Below are positions 11,570-23,181 of a stretch of DNA of 64,000 bases, piece after piece. Under the pieces are notes generated by a model that saw nothing but the letters and a program-made list of their open reading frames with translations, was not told where the DNA came from and searched no databases. Location of the stretch: positions 26,936 through 90,935 of the forward strand of contig CAWGKG010000024.1 in assembly GCA_963823035.1 (NCBI GenBank), given 5' to 3'. Positions within the stretch are counted from its first letter, which is position 1, and the number at the start of each line of letters is the position of its first letter. The translations under genes were made by a program, and so were the position numbers. The stretch comes from an uncultured Gemmatimonadales bacterium. Its GTDB lineage: Bacteria; Gemmatimonadota; Gemmatimonadetes; Longimicrobiales; Gaopeijiaceae.

Positions 11570-13956
11570 ATGGCCAACGAAGTCGACACCCTGACGCTGG
11601 GCGTAGCCCTGGACCCGCCCGACCGGCGAAGCCGGCGCCGCGCCGATCGCGATCCCCCGCCATCAGCTCACCACCCACGGCGTGATCGTGGGGATGACCG
11701 GCTCCGGGAAGACCGGGCTTGGGCGTGGTGCTGCTCGAGGAGATCCTCCGCTCGGGCGTGGGCGCGCTCATCCTCGATCCGAAGGGGGACATGGGGAACC
11801 TGGCCCTCTGCTTCCCCGACACCGCGCCCGCCGACTTCGAGCCGTGGGTGGACGACGCCGAGGCCGCGCGCGAAGGGCTCACCCGCGACGAGCTGGCCGC
11901 GCGCACGGCGGAGCGGTGGCGGAAGGGGCTCGCGGGGTCGGGGATCGACGCGGCCGCCATGCGCCGCTACCGCGACTCGGTCGACTTCAAGCTGTTCACG
12001 CCGGGCTCGACCGCGGGTACGCCGCTGGACATCCTGGGCGACCTGTCCGCGCCGGCGGCGGCCTCCTGGGACGAGGACGCCGAGGCGCTGCGCGAGGAGA
12101 TCGAGGGGCTGGTCTCGGGGCTGCTCGTCCTCGCCGACATCGATGCCGATCCGCTCACGAGCCGTGAGCACATCCTCCTCTCCAACCTCGTGGAGCACGC
12201 CTGGCGGTCGGGCACGGACCTCGACCTCGCGACCCTCCTCACCCAGATCCAGACGCCGCCGATGCGCCGGCTCGGCGTGTTCGAGATGGAGGCCTTCTAT
12301 CCCGCGAAGGACCGCATGGCGCTCGCCATGCGCCTGAACGGTCTGGTGGCGTCGCCCTCCTTCGCGAGCTGGCTGGAGGGGGAGCCGCTCGACATCGGGT
12401 CGCTCCTGCGCGCGCCGGACGGGCGGCCCCGCGCCAGCATCATGTACCTCGCGCACCTCTCCGAGACCGAGCGGCAGTTCGTGGTGACGCTCCTGCTGTC
12501 GCGCATCGTGACCTGGATGCGCCGCCAGGCCGGCACGTCCGACCTGCGCGCGGTCGTCTACGTGGACGAGGTGTTCGGGCTGGCCCCGCCGACGGCGGAG
12601 CCGCCGTCCAAGAAGCCCATGCTCACGATCTTCAAGCAGGCGCGCGCGCACGGCGTCGGGATGGTGGTGGCCACGCAGAACCCCGTGGACCTCGACTACA
12701 AGCTGATGTCCAACGCCGGCACCTGGATGGTCGGGCGCCTGCAGACCGAGCGGGACAAGGCGCGCATCATGGAGGCGCTGCGCTCCGCGTCGGGTGACGT
12801 CGACGTGGCCGAGTGGGACGCGCGCATCGGCGCGCTCGGCAAGCGCCAGTTCCTCCTGCAGAGCACGGGCCCGCGCACCCGCGGCTCTTCACGACGCGGT
12901 GGGCGATGTCGTTCCTGCGCGGCCCCATCACGCGCGCCGAGATCCAGCGGCTGGAGGGTGGCGCCGGCGCACGCCGGTCGCGAGGGGGCCCCCGCGGCGC
13001 CTTCGCCCCCGCCCGAGCCCGACGCTGGCCGAGGACGAGAGCCCGGTCCCGCCGACCACCGCGTCGGGCGTGCGGGTGGCCTGGCTGGACCCGGCGGCGC
13101 GCTGGGCGACGGAGGTGGGCGCGGGCACCGGCGCGAAGAGGCTGGAGGCGGGCGTCGCCATGCGCGTGCGCCTCCTCTTCGACGACGACAGGCGGAGCTG
13201 CGCCAGGAGGAGGAGTGGGAGGCCGTCCTCTTCCCCCTCGACGCCACGCCGCGCGCCGAGGAGGCCCGGGTCGTGGACTACGACGACCGCGACTTCCGTG
13301 ACGAGGCGCCGGACGGCGCGACCTACGTGGTGCCCGGGGCGGCCGTCCAGAAGTCGGAGCTCTTCCGCGACCTGCGCAAGGACCTCGAGGAGTTCCTCTA
13401 CCGATCGCGGACCGTGACCCTGCTGCGCAACGAGGCCCTCAAGCTCTTCTCGCGGGTGGGGGAGACGGAGGAGGCCTTCCGTGCCCGCTGCCTGGAGGCC
13501 GCGGAGGACGAAGCCGACGAGGAGGCGGCCAAGCTCCGCGAGCGCTACGAGAAGCGTCTCGACACCGTGCGTCGTCGCAAGGAGGACGCGGAGCGGCGGG
13601 TGCGCGAGCTCGAGGTGGACGTCGGCCAGCGGAAGCAGCAGGAGGTGATCGCCGGCGCGGGGGCGCTCCTGTCGATGTTCCTGGGCGGGCGCCGGCGCGT
13701 GAGCGGCCTGTCCGGCGCGGCCTCGCGCCGGTCCCAGACCCGACGCACGCAGGAGCGCCTCCAGACGGCCGCCGAGAAGATGGAGGACTACGACGAGTCG
13801 ATCCACGAGCTGGAGGACGAGCTCGCCGAGGAGATCCAGGAGGTATGGGACACGTGGAAGGGGGCCGCGGACGCCGTCGAGCCGTTCGAGGTCCCCCTCG
13901 AGAAGAGCGACATCCACGTCGACGAGATCGTGCTGTTCTGGGCGCCGCGTCGCTAG
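11570..13956 (+). CDS. HerA/FtsK-superfamily P-loop ATPase (DUF87/DUF853-like) with C-terminal coiled coil, frameshifted
   Basis: LTTHGVIVGMTGSGKT (Walker A), LILDPKGD, VYVDEVFG (Walker B), KQARAHGVGMVVATQNP; E/R/K-rich helical C-terminus. Confidence 0.85.
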
Positions 13957-14185
13957 GAGCGACGAGCCTTCTCGGGCACGGCTCGTCTTGGGTACCTCGG
14001 CGATGGGGCGATCGGTCGGCGCGTATCCCGGGCTTCTCGAGGCGGCGGGCAGTCGGCGCGCTCCCGGAACAGGTCGTGTCGGAATGGGCGGAAGCGGTCC
14101 GAGAGCTCGACCGCAAGATCGCGACGGAGCGCGAACATCCGGCCGGCGCGCCGGCGCCGACCCCCGAACCATCCGGAGCAACACG

Positions 14186-15049
14186 ATGGTCCAAGACACC
14201 CACCGGCGGCACGGGCTCATCCTCCTCGCGTTCGCGGTCGCGTTCGCGGTCGCCGAGCCCGCCGCGGCGCAGGAGTCGATCACCTGGGAGAGCTCGACCG
14301 AGCTCAGCTTCGTCGCCACGGGCGGCAACGCCTCGTCGAGCACGCTCGGCCTGAAGGCGGCGCTCACGGGCACCAGGGAGCCGAACGTCTTCAAGATCGA
14401 GTTGGGCGGCATCCGCACCAACGTCGACCAGACCACGCGCACCGCCACCGGGACCGCCACGAGCTACACGATCAACGAGACCACGATCTCGCAGACCACC
14501 GCCGAGAACTACTTCGCCAAGGCCCGCTACGACCGGAACTTCTCCCAGGCCTTCGTCTTCGCGGGCGCCGGGTGGGACCGGAACACCTTCGCCGGCATCC
14601 AGAACCGCTACGCCCTGGTCGCGGGCGTCGGGCGGACCTTCGTGGAAGGCGAGACCGGCCACTTCAAGGCCGACATCGGCGCGACCTACACGATCCAGAA
14701 GGACGTCGACCCGGCGCCCGGAGCGGACGACGGGTTCGGCGGCATGCGCCTGACCCTGGACGCCGCCCGCAAGCTGTCCGAAACGGCGGACTTCACGTCC
14801 GCGCTCGTGGTCGACGAGAACCTCGAGTCGACCGAAGACCTGCGTGCCGACTGGACCAACTCCATCGCGGTCGCGCTGTCGCAGAAGCTGGCGCTCAAGA
14901 CCTCCATCCAGCTCCTCTACGACCACCTGCCGTCGCTGCTGAGCGTCCCCCTCGTGGACGGCAGCGGCGCGCCGACGGGTACGACGGTCTCCACCCCCGG
15001 GGACAAGCTCGACCGCGTCCTCACGCTGACGCTGGTCATCAAGCTCTAG
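14186..15049 (+). CDS. DUF481-family outer-membrane beta-barrel protein
   Basis: Signal peptide ending AAAQ; ELSFVATGGNASSSTLG N-terminus; alternating beta-strands; C-terminal TLTLVIKL. Confidence 0.75.
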   Translation: MVQDTHRRHGLILLAFAVAFAVAEPAAAQESITWESSTELSFVATGGNASSSTLGLKAALTGTREPNVFKIELGGIRTNVDQTTRTATGTATSYTINETTISQTTAENYFAKARYDRNFSQAFVFAGAGWDRNTFAGIQNRYALVAGVGRTFVEGETGHFKADIGATYTIQKDVDPAPGADDGFGGMRLTLDAARKLSETADFTSALVVDENLESTEDLRADWTNSIAVALSQKLALKTSIQLLYDHLPSLLSVPLVDGSGAPTGTTVSTPGDKLDRVLTLTLVIKL

Positions 15050-15103
15050 GAAGCTCGCGTGGGCCGGGGTCCGCGCGCGCGGAGCCCGGCGGCCCCTCCG
15101 CCG

Positions 15104-15532
15104 TCAGCCTCCGCCGTGGATGTATTGCCTGAGCTGGCTGTTCTCGTCCTCGGCCATCATGCGGGACGCGTTCAGCAGGTCGCCGATCGAGACGATGCCG
15201 ACGACCCTGCCACCTTCCATGACCGGCAGGTGCCGGATCCGCTTCTCGGTCATCACGCCCATCATCGCGTAGAGCTCGTCGTCGGGCGACGCCACCACGA
15301 GCTCGCTCGTCATGACGGCTGCACCGTGTGGTCGTCGAGCCGGCTCGTGCGGGCGGTGAGCCTGAGGATGTCCCGCTCCGTGACGATCCCCGTCGGGCTG
15401 CCGTTCCGCGTGACGAGCAGGCTGCCGATGCCGTGGTGCACGAGCGTCTTCACGGCGTCGAGCACGGAAGCGGTCCTCCTCGATGATCTCGACATGGTGT
15501 CCTTTCCGCACGAGGATCTCTTTGAGTCTCAT
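15104..15532 (-). CDS. CBS-domain pair protein (frameshifted)
   Basis: GIGSLLV...GIVTERDIL and IRHLPVMEGGRVVGIVSIGDLL across two frames. Confidence 0.85.
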   Translation of the reverse strand: MRLKEILVRKGHHVEIIEEDRFRARRREDARAPRHRQPARHAERQPDGDRHGAGHPQAHRPHEPARRPHGAAVMTSELVVASPDDELYAMMGVMTEKRIRHLPVMEGGRVVGIVSIGDLLNASRMMAEDENSQLRQYIHGGG

Positions 15533-15643
15533 CGGACGCCTCCTCGGGCAGGGTGAGGGGGGGAGGTTCAATGTGCGGCGTCGCGGGCTCCGCGTGCCAC
15601 AGGAAACGGTCCCACGGCGTGCGGACGGCCGGCGGCGCGCGGC

Positions 15644-17048
15644 TCAGCGCCCGGCGATCGGCGGATCTCCCAGGCGCTCCCGAGCGGTGCCCAGCACCCG
15701 CTCCGCCATCGCCGCCGCGCCCAGCAGCGCCTCGTCCTCCCCGGCGCGCGCCACGAGCTGGAGGCCCACGGGCATTCCCGCCTCGTCCCTCCCGACCGGC
15801 AGGGTGACGGCGCAGGCCCCGAGGATGCTGACCGGACAGGTGGGTCGAAGGGCCGCGACGTTCGCCTCCAGATAGCGCGGTAGCGCCTCCAGCTCCGCCA
15901 CGGGAGGCGGGGTGACGATGCAGGTCGGGAGCGCGAGGATGTCCGCGTCGGCGAAGAGCCCCGGCGCACGGGCCACCATGGCCCACCGCTCCGCCATCGC
16001 GGAGGCGTAGGCGGCCGACGTGAGCGCCTCCGCCTTCTCGAGACGGCTGCCGACGGTGGGATGGAGGATCGCCGGCCACTCGGGTAGGTCGCGGGCGAGA
16101 AAGGCACGGCACTCGGCGCCGGCGATGCCCCCGTGCAGGTAGAGTCGCCCGGCCTCGTCGAGGAGGGAGCCGTCCCCTTCCCCGATCCGCCAGCCGGCGC
16201 CGGCCAGCTCGTCCAGGGCGGCGCGAAGAACCGTGGCGATGTCGGGCGCGCAGTCGTCCCAGAGCGAGCAGCGGGGGACCTGCAGGGTGGGGACGTCCGA
16301 CGCCGCCAGCGACGCCAGGAGGGCGTCGGGCTCACCCCAGGCGGGATCGACGGCGCCGAAGAACCAGGCGCTGTCGGCCACCGTGCGGGTGAGGCCCCCC
16401 ACGCTGTCGAGCGTGGTGCTCAGCGGCACCACGCCGTCGAGGGCCCATCGGCCGAAGGTGGTCTTGTGGCCGACCGTTCCCGTCATCCCGGCGGGAATCC
16501 GGATCGAGCCGCCGGTGTCGGTGCCGAGCGCGAGGAGCGCCGAGCCCTCGAGGAGGCTCACCCCCGCCCCGCACGACGACCCTCCCGGGATGCGGTGGAC
16601 CTGCGGCGTCCCAGGGGTTCCGGGGCGTGCCCCAGTGCGGGTTGATGCCCACCGCGCCGTAGGCCAGCTCGACCGTGTGCGTCTTGCCGACGATCACCGC
16701 CCCCTGGGCGCGGAGCCGCGCCACGAGCCAGCCGTCTCGCGACCAGGCGTCGGGGAGACGCCGCGCCGTGCCCGCGTACGTGGGAAAGCCGGCGACGCCG
16801 TAGAGGTCCTTGGCCGAGACGGGGATGCCGCAGAAGGGCGGCGGCGCGTCCTCCCGCGCGAGGATCCCGTCCGCGCGGCGGGCGTCGTCCAGCGTGCGCT
16901 CCGGGTCGACGTGCTTGTACGCGTGCAGCACGGGATCGAGGCGCGCGATGCGCCCGAGCGCCTCCTCGGCGAGCTCCACGGCCGAAGCGGTGCGAGCGCG
17001 CAGCGCACGCGCCACCTCGATCAGCGGCAGGTCGAGAACGTCGCTCAT
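15644..17048 (-). CDS. Amidase signature family protein (GatA-like), frameshift near 16600
   Basis: [52 protein letters not shown]. Confidence 0.9.
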
Positions 17049-17187
17049 CTCGCAACGCTACGACGGGGGCTCCGACCCGACAAGCCGCGTCGCGCCCCTC
17101 CACCCTCGCTTGCCGAGCATTCTCCTACGCGGTAGCGTGGGCGCCGACTCGAATAGGCTGGGGGGGGGGTGCCACGGAGATCCGGAC

Positions 17188-17895
17188 ATGAGCATGGGCA
17201 AGCGGTTTTCGGCCGAGCTCTTCGGCACGTTCTGGTTGGTCTTCGGGGGCTGTGGCAGCGCCGTGTTGTCGGCGGCCTACCCCGATCTGGGCATCGGCTT
17301 CATGGGCGTCGCCCTCGCGTTCGGCCTCACCGTGGTCACGATGGCGTACGCGGTCGGCCACATCTCCGGTGCGCACTTCAATCCCGCGGTGAGCGTCGGA
17401 TTGGTCGCGGGTGGCCGCTTTCCGGCCAGGGACCTGCTGCCGTACGTCGTGGCCCAGGTGATCGGGGCCGTCGCGGCGGGCGGCGTGCTCTACCTGATCG
17501 CGAGCGGCAAGCCCGGCTTCGACGCCAGCGCCGGTTTCGCCTCGAACGGCTACGGGGCGCACTCCCCCGGCGGCTATTCGCTCCAGGCCGCCATCCTGGC
17601 CGAGCTCGTGCTCACCGCGTTCTTCCTGATCGTGATCCACGGCTCGACGGACAAGCGCGCGCCGGCCGGCTTCGCGCCCCTGGCGATCGGCCTGGCGCTC
17701 ACGATCATCCACCTGGTCAGCATCCCGGTCACCAACACCTCCGTCAACCCGGCGCGCAGCACGGGCGTGGCGCTCTTCCAGGGCGGCTGGGCGATCGCGC
17801 AGCTCTGGGTGTTCTGGCTGGTCCCCCTCGTCGGTGGCGCGATCGGAGGCCTGATCTACCGCAGCCTGCTGGAGAGCCGCGACCCGGTGACCTGA
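17188..17895 (+). CDS. aqpZ: Aquaporin Z
   Basis: [18 protein letters not shown]; two NPA motifs ([15 protein letters not shown]); [11 protein letters not shown] loop typical of AqpZ. Confidence 0.95.
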   Translation: MSMGKRFSAELFGTFWLVFGGCGSAVLSAAYPDLGIGFMGVALAFGLTVVTMAYAVGHISGAHFNPAVSVGLVAGGRFPARDLLPYVVAQVIGAVAAGGVLYLIASGKPGFDASAGFASNGYGAHSPGGYSLQAAILAELVLTAFFLIVIHGSTDKRAPAGFAPLAIGLALTIIHLVSIPVTNTSVNPARSTGVALFQGGWAIAQLWVFWLVPLVGGAIGGLIYRSLLESRDPVT

Positions 17896-18013
17896 CCCGG
17901 GGGGACCGGCGGCCCGGCGCGCTCCTCGGTGGAGCACGCGCCGTTGGTGCACGCTTTGCGCAGCTTATTCGCTCTCCCGCACGCACGACTTCGGCACCGT
18001 CCCCTTCCCGGGC

Positions 18014-18042
18014 TTGACCGTGTCCAAGCGGTGTTATATCGT
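18014..18042 (+). promoter_or_regulatory. Putative sigma70 promoter of the fasciclin gene
   Basis: TTGACC-N17-TATCGT in an AT-rich intergenic island. Confidence 0.45.
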
Positions 18043-18056
18043 TGCCGAAGTTAAAG

Positions 18057-18086
18057 GGGATAATTGTTGGACATTCTCTGTACAAT
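18057..18086 (+). promoter_or_regulatory. Putative CarH/LitR-type operator (TnnACA repeats with 11-bp period)
   Basis: TGGACA (18068) and TGTACA (18079) are exactly 11 bp apart, with a degenerate GGGATA 11 bp further upstream, between promoter and RBS. Confidence 0.45.
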
Positions 18087-18104
18087 CCTGCCTGGGAGGT
18101 TGTC

Positions 18105-19015
18105 ATGACGATCCGGACACTCACCGCCACCGCGGGCGCGGCCCTCGCCGCGCTCACGCTCGCCGCCTGTGGAGACGATCCCGTACAGGGGGCCGAAGAG
18201 CAGCCCTCGATCATCGAGGTCGCCACCGCAGCGGGCTCCTTCAACACGCTGCTCGCCGCCCTGGACGCGGCCGGACTGACCTCCACGCTGGAGGGTGAGG
18301 GCCCTTTCACGGTGTTCGCGCCCTCCGACGAGGCGTTCGCCAAGATCCCCGCCGAAGCCCTGAGCGCGTTGCTCGCCAACCAGGATCTGCTCACGGCCGT
18401 GCTGACCTACCACGTCGTTCCGGGTAGGGTGGAGGCCTCGGAGGTGGTAGGACTGACGAGCGCGCCCACGGTGAACGGGAAGACGCTGTCGATCTCGGTG
18501 GTGAACGGCACGGTGAAGGTGGACGGAGCCAACGTGGTGAGCACCGATATCGAAGCCGGCAACGGCATCATCCACGTCATCGACGACGTGCTCACGCCGC
18601 AGTCCATCCTGGACCTGGTGCAGACCGCCCGGAAGGCGGGCTCCTTCAGCACGCTGCTCGCGGCCCTGGACGCGGCGGGTCTGACGGCGACCCTCGAGGG
18701 CGTGGGGCCGTTCACGGTCTTCGCGCCCACGGACGAGGCCTTTGCGGCTCTCCCAGCCGGCACGATCGACGCTCTGCTCGCCGACCCGAGGCCCTGGCCG
18801 CGATCCTCACCTATCACGTCGTGGCGGGTGAAGTGACGGCGAGCCAGGTCGTGAACCTCACTTCGGCCACCACGGTCAACGGAGCCGACGTCGCGATCTC
18901 GGTGGCGGGTGGCAACGTCATGATCAACGACGCCGACGTGGTGGCGACGGACGTCCGCGCGACCAACGGCATCATCCATGTCATCAACAAGGTGCTCCTC
19001 CCGCCGGCGATGTGA
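18105..19015 (+). CDS. Double fasciclin (FAS1) domain lipoprotein, frameshift near 18790
   Basis: Lipobox LAAC; two copies of GSFxTLLAALDAAGL..LEGxGPFTVFAPxDEAF...LTYHVV...NGIIHVIxxVL. Confidence 0.9.
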
Positions 19016-19045
19016 CGCGAGCGGGCCGGCCTCTTCTGCGAGCAT

Positions 19046-19076
19046 CCGCCCCGGGGGGCCTGACGCCCCGGGGCGG
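19046..19076. terminator. Hairpin between convergent genes, possible terminator
   Basis: CCGCCCCGGGG-N9-CCCCGGGGCGG (11-bp stem) between the fasciclin and integrase 3' ends; no strong U-tract. Confidence 0.4.
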
Positions 19077-19108
19077 TCGCGTCTTCTCGGTGTCCGGGCT
19101 CCGGGGCG

Positions 19109-20158
19109 TCATCGTGGGGCTCCTCCGGTCCTCCAGGGGCATCTCGGTAGCTGCTGCACCAGGGGGACCTGGCCGACACGTCTGAGTGCGTTGGTCGGCG
19201 CGAGGACGTCGCGCAGGAAGCGGTCGCTGACGTGGGTGTAGATCTCCGTGCTGGCGATGCTCGCGTGCCCGAGAAGGCGCTGCACCAGGCGGATGTCGAC
19301 CCCCGCCTCGAGGAGCTTTGTCGCCGACGTGTGCCGCAACATGTGCGGCGTGAGGCGACGGTGGATCCCCGCCCGTCGGCCAAGGGTCCGCAGGCGCCGA
19401 CGGAGCATCGCGGCGTTGAAGACGCCTCCGTCGGTCGTGACCAGAAGCCGCTCGCTGGCCGTGCGCACGGTCCGTCTACGCGCCAGGTACCCGTGCAGCA
19501 CGCCCAGCGCTTCGGGCCCCACCATGTACACGTAGCGCTCGCGGCTGCCCTTCCCGAAGACCTTGATCGCACCGGTGTGCGCGTCGACGTCGTCGCGCTG
19601 CACCGAGAGGAGCTCACCCAGCCGCATCCCCGTCGTGAACATCGCCACCACGGCGAAGTGCATCTGGGCTGCATCGAAGGAGCGTCCACCGTTCCGCTCC
19701 GCCGTCACGCGCGCGGCATCGAGCAGCCGCCGGGTCTCGACCGCCGTGAGCGAACGTGGCAACAGCCGCGGCTGCTGGAGCCTGAACCGGATGCGGCGAA
19801 AGGGGTTCGGCGCGTAGTCCTCTTCCTCGATCCACGTGAAGAACGCCCTGAGGGCGCTGACCCGGCGCCGGATCGTCGCCACGGCGAGCTTCCGATCGAA
19901 GAGGGAGCGCACGTAGCCGTGGACCACGTCGCGATCTGCGGCGCGGATCGGGATCGCCCCCGCGAAGCGGCGGAAGTCGAGGAGGTCCGCCTCGTACAGC
20001 CGGATCGTCTTGGCTGCGAGGTTTCGCACCACCAGGCAGTAGTCGAGGAAGTCGGGACACAGCTCCGGCAACGTCGGTCCGGGCGCAGGAGCTGGGGGAG
20101 GTCGAAGCTCCAGTTGGGTGGCAGTGCTTCCTTCGGGCTCGACTCCCGGTGCGATCAT
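19109..20158 (-). CDS. Tyrosine recombinase/integrase (XerC/D-like)
   Basis: ATG at 20158 after GGAGG. SAM-like N-domain (FLDYCLVVRNLAAKTIRLY), TGMRLGEL, GKGSRER, HMLRHTSAT, LLGHASIASTEIYTH: full catalytic set R-K-H-R-H-Y. Confidence 0.9.
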   Translation of the reverse strand: MIAPGVEPEGSTATQLELRPPPAPAPGPTLPELCPDFLDYCLVVRNLAAKTIRLYEADLLDFRRFAGAIPIRAADRDVVHGYVRSLFDRKLAVATIRRRVSALRAFFTWIEEEDYAPNPFRRIRFRLQQPRLLPRSLTAVETRRLLDAARVTAERNGGRSFDAAQMHFAVVAMFTTGMRLGELLSVQRDDVDAHTGAIKVFGKGSRERYVYMVGPEALGVLHGYLARRRTVRTASERLLVTTDGGVFNAAMLRRRLRTLGRRAGIHRRLTPHMLRHTSATKLLEAGVDIRLVQRLLGHASIASTEIYTHVSDRFLRDVLAPTNALRRVGQVPLVQQLPRCPWRTGGAPR

Positions 20159-20259
20159 GGCCCCTCCTCCTCCGTCCGTGGGTCCGGTTCGGAAACGTCC
20201 GGGGCGCGAAGCTGAGCCGGCGATTCGGCCGTGGCAACGGGGGGCGGGAGTGCGCCTCC

Positions 20260-22858
20260 TCACTCCTCCCGGAGCACGTCCGCCGGTGGGAGCCGGCCGG
20301 CCCGCGAGGCCGGTAGCCAGGCCGCGAGGACGGCGGTGACGCACAGCGCCGCCGCGGGAGCCAGGTACGCCCAGGGCGCCAGGGAGGAGACGCCGAAGAG
20401 CATCGATTCGAGCACGCGCGCGGACAGGGCCGCCGCCACGCCGCCCACCACCACGCCTGCCGCCGCGATGACGAGGGCGGAGCGGACCACGCTCGCGACC
20501 AGGGTGGACGGGTCCGCGCCGAGCGCCATGCGCACGCCGATCTCCCTGCGCGTCGCCGCGACGTGCTGCGTCAGCGCCGCGTAGATGCCCAGGGCGCCGA
20601 GGCCCGTGGCCAGGACGGCGAGCACCACCAGGAGGCCCATGACCACCCACGAGATGGAGTACGCGGCGCGCACCACGTCGTCCATCCACGCGACGGAGCG
20701 CACCGGCACGAGGGGGTCGGCGTCCAACACGGCGCGGCGCAGGTCGGGGACGATCGACGCGTTCCGTCCCGTGGTGCGTACCAGGAGCGTCACGTCCCGC
20801 GCGGGGCTCTCGGCGAGCGCGACGTACATGGCCGGCTCCGGCGGGCCCGTGATGTCGCCCGATCGGATGTCGGGCACCACGCCCACCACGGGCACGAAGG
20901 TGTTCCACATGTGCGGATCGATCGCGACGCGCCGCCCGATGGGCGAGACGTCCGGCCACATCAGGTCGGCCAGGGTCTGGTTCACCACCACGGCGCCGAT
21001 CCCCCGCCCCCGGTCCTCGGAGCCCAGCAGCCGACCCTCGACCGCCTCGATCCCCATGACCTCGAAGAAGCCCGGGTCCACGAGCTGCATCGGCGCGCCC
21101 CGCGCCTCCGCCTGGCTCACCGGGGCGGCCTCCGGGTTGAGGGGAGCGCCGGGGGCCTGGTCGCGGAGCGGCAGCCAGCCGGTGAGGCCCACGGCCTCCA
21201 CCCCGGGGACCGCGGACACGCGCTCCACGAGCGCGTCGTAGAGCTGCCGGGCCGTGGCCGGATCCGAGACCCGGTCCTCCGGAGGGGACAGCTCCACGGT
21301 CAGGAGGTTCTCCTCCGCGAAGCCCAGGGGCACGTCGCGGAGGTTGCCCACCGTCGCCACCAGGAGGGTGGCCGAGACCAGCAGTAGGGTGGCGAGGGCG
21401 GCCTGCACCGCGACCAGGGATCGCTGCACGGTCATGCCCGAGCGCGGCCTCAGGGTCACGCCCGCGCGTTGGGTACGCAGGTAATGCGCTACCGGGACCC
21501 CGGCGACGACGATCCAGGCGCCCAGCGCCGCCGCCAGACAGAAGGCGAGCACGGGCAGCGAACGGACCGCGCTGCTCACCACCACGGCCTCGCCCACGAA
21601 GAGCCCGGCGATGCGCGGCCCGCCCATCGCGCCGGCCCACAGGCCGGCGCCGACGGCGAGCCCGGTGAGGACGGCGGCCTCCACCAGGAGCTGACGCACG
21701 ATCCGCCCCCGCCCCGCGCCGATGGCCGCACGCACCGCCAGCTCGCCACGCCGCTCGATGGCCCGCCCGAGCAGGAGGTTGCCCACGTTCAGCGCCGTGA
21801 CGAGCAGGAGGAGCGCGGTGGCGCCCAGCAGGAGGAGCAGCGGTGTGGAAACCAGGCTTCGCTGCGAGGCGTCGGCGCGGGCCACCCGCACGAGGCCGTC
21901 GTCCCAGTCGGCCCGGAAGAAGTTGGGGAAGATGCGGGCCAGGTAGGCGTCGAACGCGCCGACCTCGTCGCGGCGTCCGCGGAGGTGAAGCCGTCCGCGA
22001 GGACGCCCACCAGCTTCAGGTCCACGGCCTTGAAGTAGTCGTCCTCACGCGGATCGACGACCAGCGGGAGCCAGATCTCGGCGCGGCCGCCCGGGGCCCG
22101 GCTCCCCATCCGCTGGATGCCCACGACGCGCGCCGTGGTGCCGCTCACGTCCACCGTGCTGCCGAGCACCCCCGGGTCGGCGCCGAAGGATCGGCGCCAC
22201 AGCGCCTCCCCCAGCACGGCGACCGGCTCCACGCCCAGGAACGCGTCGTCGTCTTCGAGCGCCCTGCCGAGGACCGGCTGCACCGACAGCTCGCGGAAGA
22301 GCTCCGGCGTGATGGCGACGCCGTTCACGCTCTCGCTGCCGTCGCGGGGGGTGCGCAGCGCGTAGGCCGCTTCCACGTAGCCGCCCAGGGACCGGAAGGC
22401 GTGCTCGTTCTCGCGGTACAGCTCCATCATGCCGAACGACCACTTCCGCTCCGGCCACACGCTCAGCGTGCGGTCGGGAGCGTTCCACCAGCTCGTGTTG
22501 CGGAAGGTGCCGTCCACCACCGAGTAGACGGCCACGTTCGCGCCCAGGCCGAGGCCGAGCACGGCCACCACGCCCAGGGCGAAGCCCGGGTGCTTGAGGA
22601 TCAGGCGGAAGGCCCAGCGCACGTCCATGAGGACGCCGGCACCCTGTCCCGGCTGTCGGCGCCGCTGCCCGTGAGCGCGCGGTACGCCACGATGGACACG
22701 ACCTGTCGCGCGTACCAGAGGCGGGCACCGAGCCGCGAGTGGCCGAGCCGGCGCTGGAACTCCTCGGCCAGGTCGCCCAGCGTACCCTGCCCCGAGAGCC
22801 CCGCGGGAAGCGCCCGCTCGGCGATGCGCTCGAGCCAGCGCGGAGGATGGGCGCTCAT
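20260..22858 (-). CDS. Duplicated MacB/FtsX-type ABC permease (ADOP-like), frameshifted
   Basis: N-terminal PPRWLER..LGDLAEEF; DVRWAFRLILKHPGFA; NLLLGRAIERRGELAVRAAIGAGRGRIVRQLLVE; RREIGVRMALGA; WLPASRAGRLPPADVLREE. Confidence 0.9.
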
Positions 22859-23181
22859 CGGTCCAGGGCCCCCTCCAGACCGTTCCACAGCGCCAGCAGC
22901 GTGCTCCGGGAGCGGGCCAGCATCTCCAGGCCCTCGGGCGTGAGGCGCAGGTAGCGCCGCGGCCGCCCGCCCCGCTCGGTGGAGGCCGGACCCTCGGACG
23001 ACTCCAGCAGCCCCTTTCGCTCCATCCGGTCGAGCGTGGTGTACAGCGCCCCGCTGGACGGCGTGCGCCCCGCCACCGCCTCCATCTCGTCCTTCACGGC
23101 GAGCCCGTATGCCTCGTCGCCCAGGCGCATGATGGAGAGGAGCACCACCTGCTCGAACTCGCCCAGGTAGTCCTGGCTCAT
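22855..23181 (-). CDS. PadR-family transcriptional regulator
   Basis: LGEFEQVVLLSI..AYG..GALYTTLDRMERKGL..GGRPRRYLRLTPEG; ATGA overlaps at both ends. Confidence 0.9.
   Translation of the reverse strand: MSQDYLGEFEQVVLLSIMRLGDEAYGLAVKDEMEAVAGRTPSSGALYTTLDRMERKGLLESSEGPASTERGGRPRRYLRLTPEGLEMLARSRSTLLALWNGLEGALDR

Noticed and set aside
19109..21640. 843-aa integrase fusion
   Set aside because: The N-terminal part is an alternative frame of the permease; the integrase has its own RBS and ATG at 20158.
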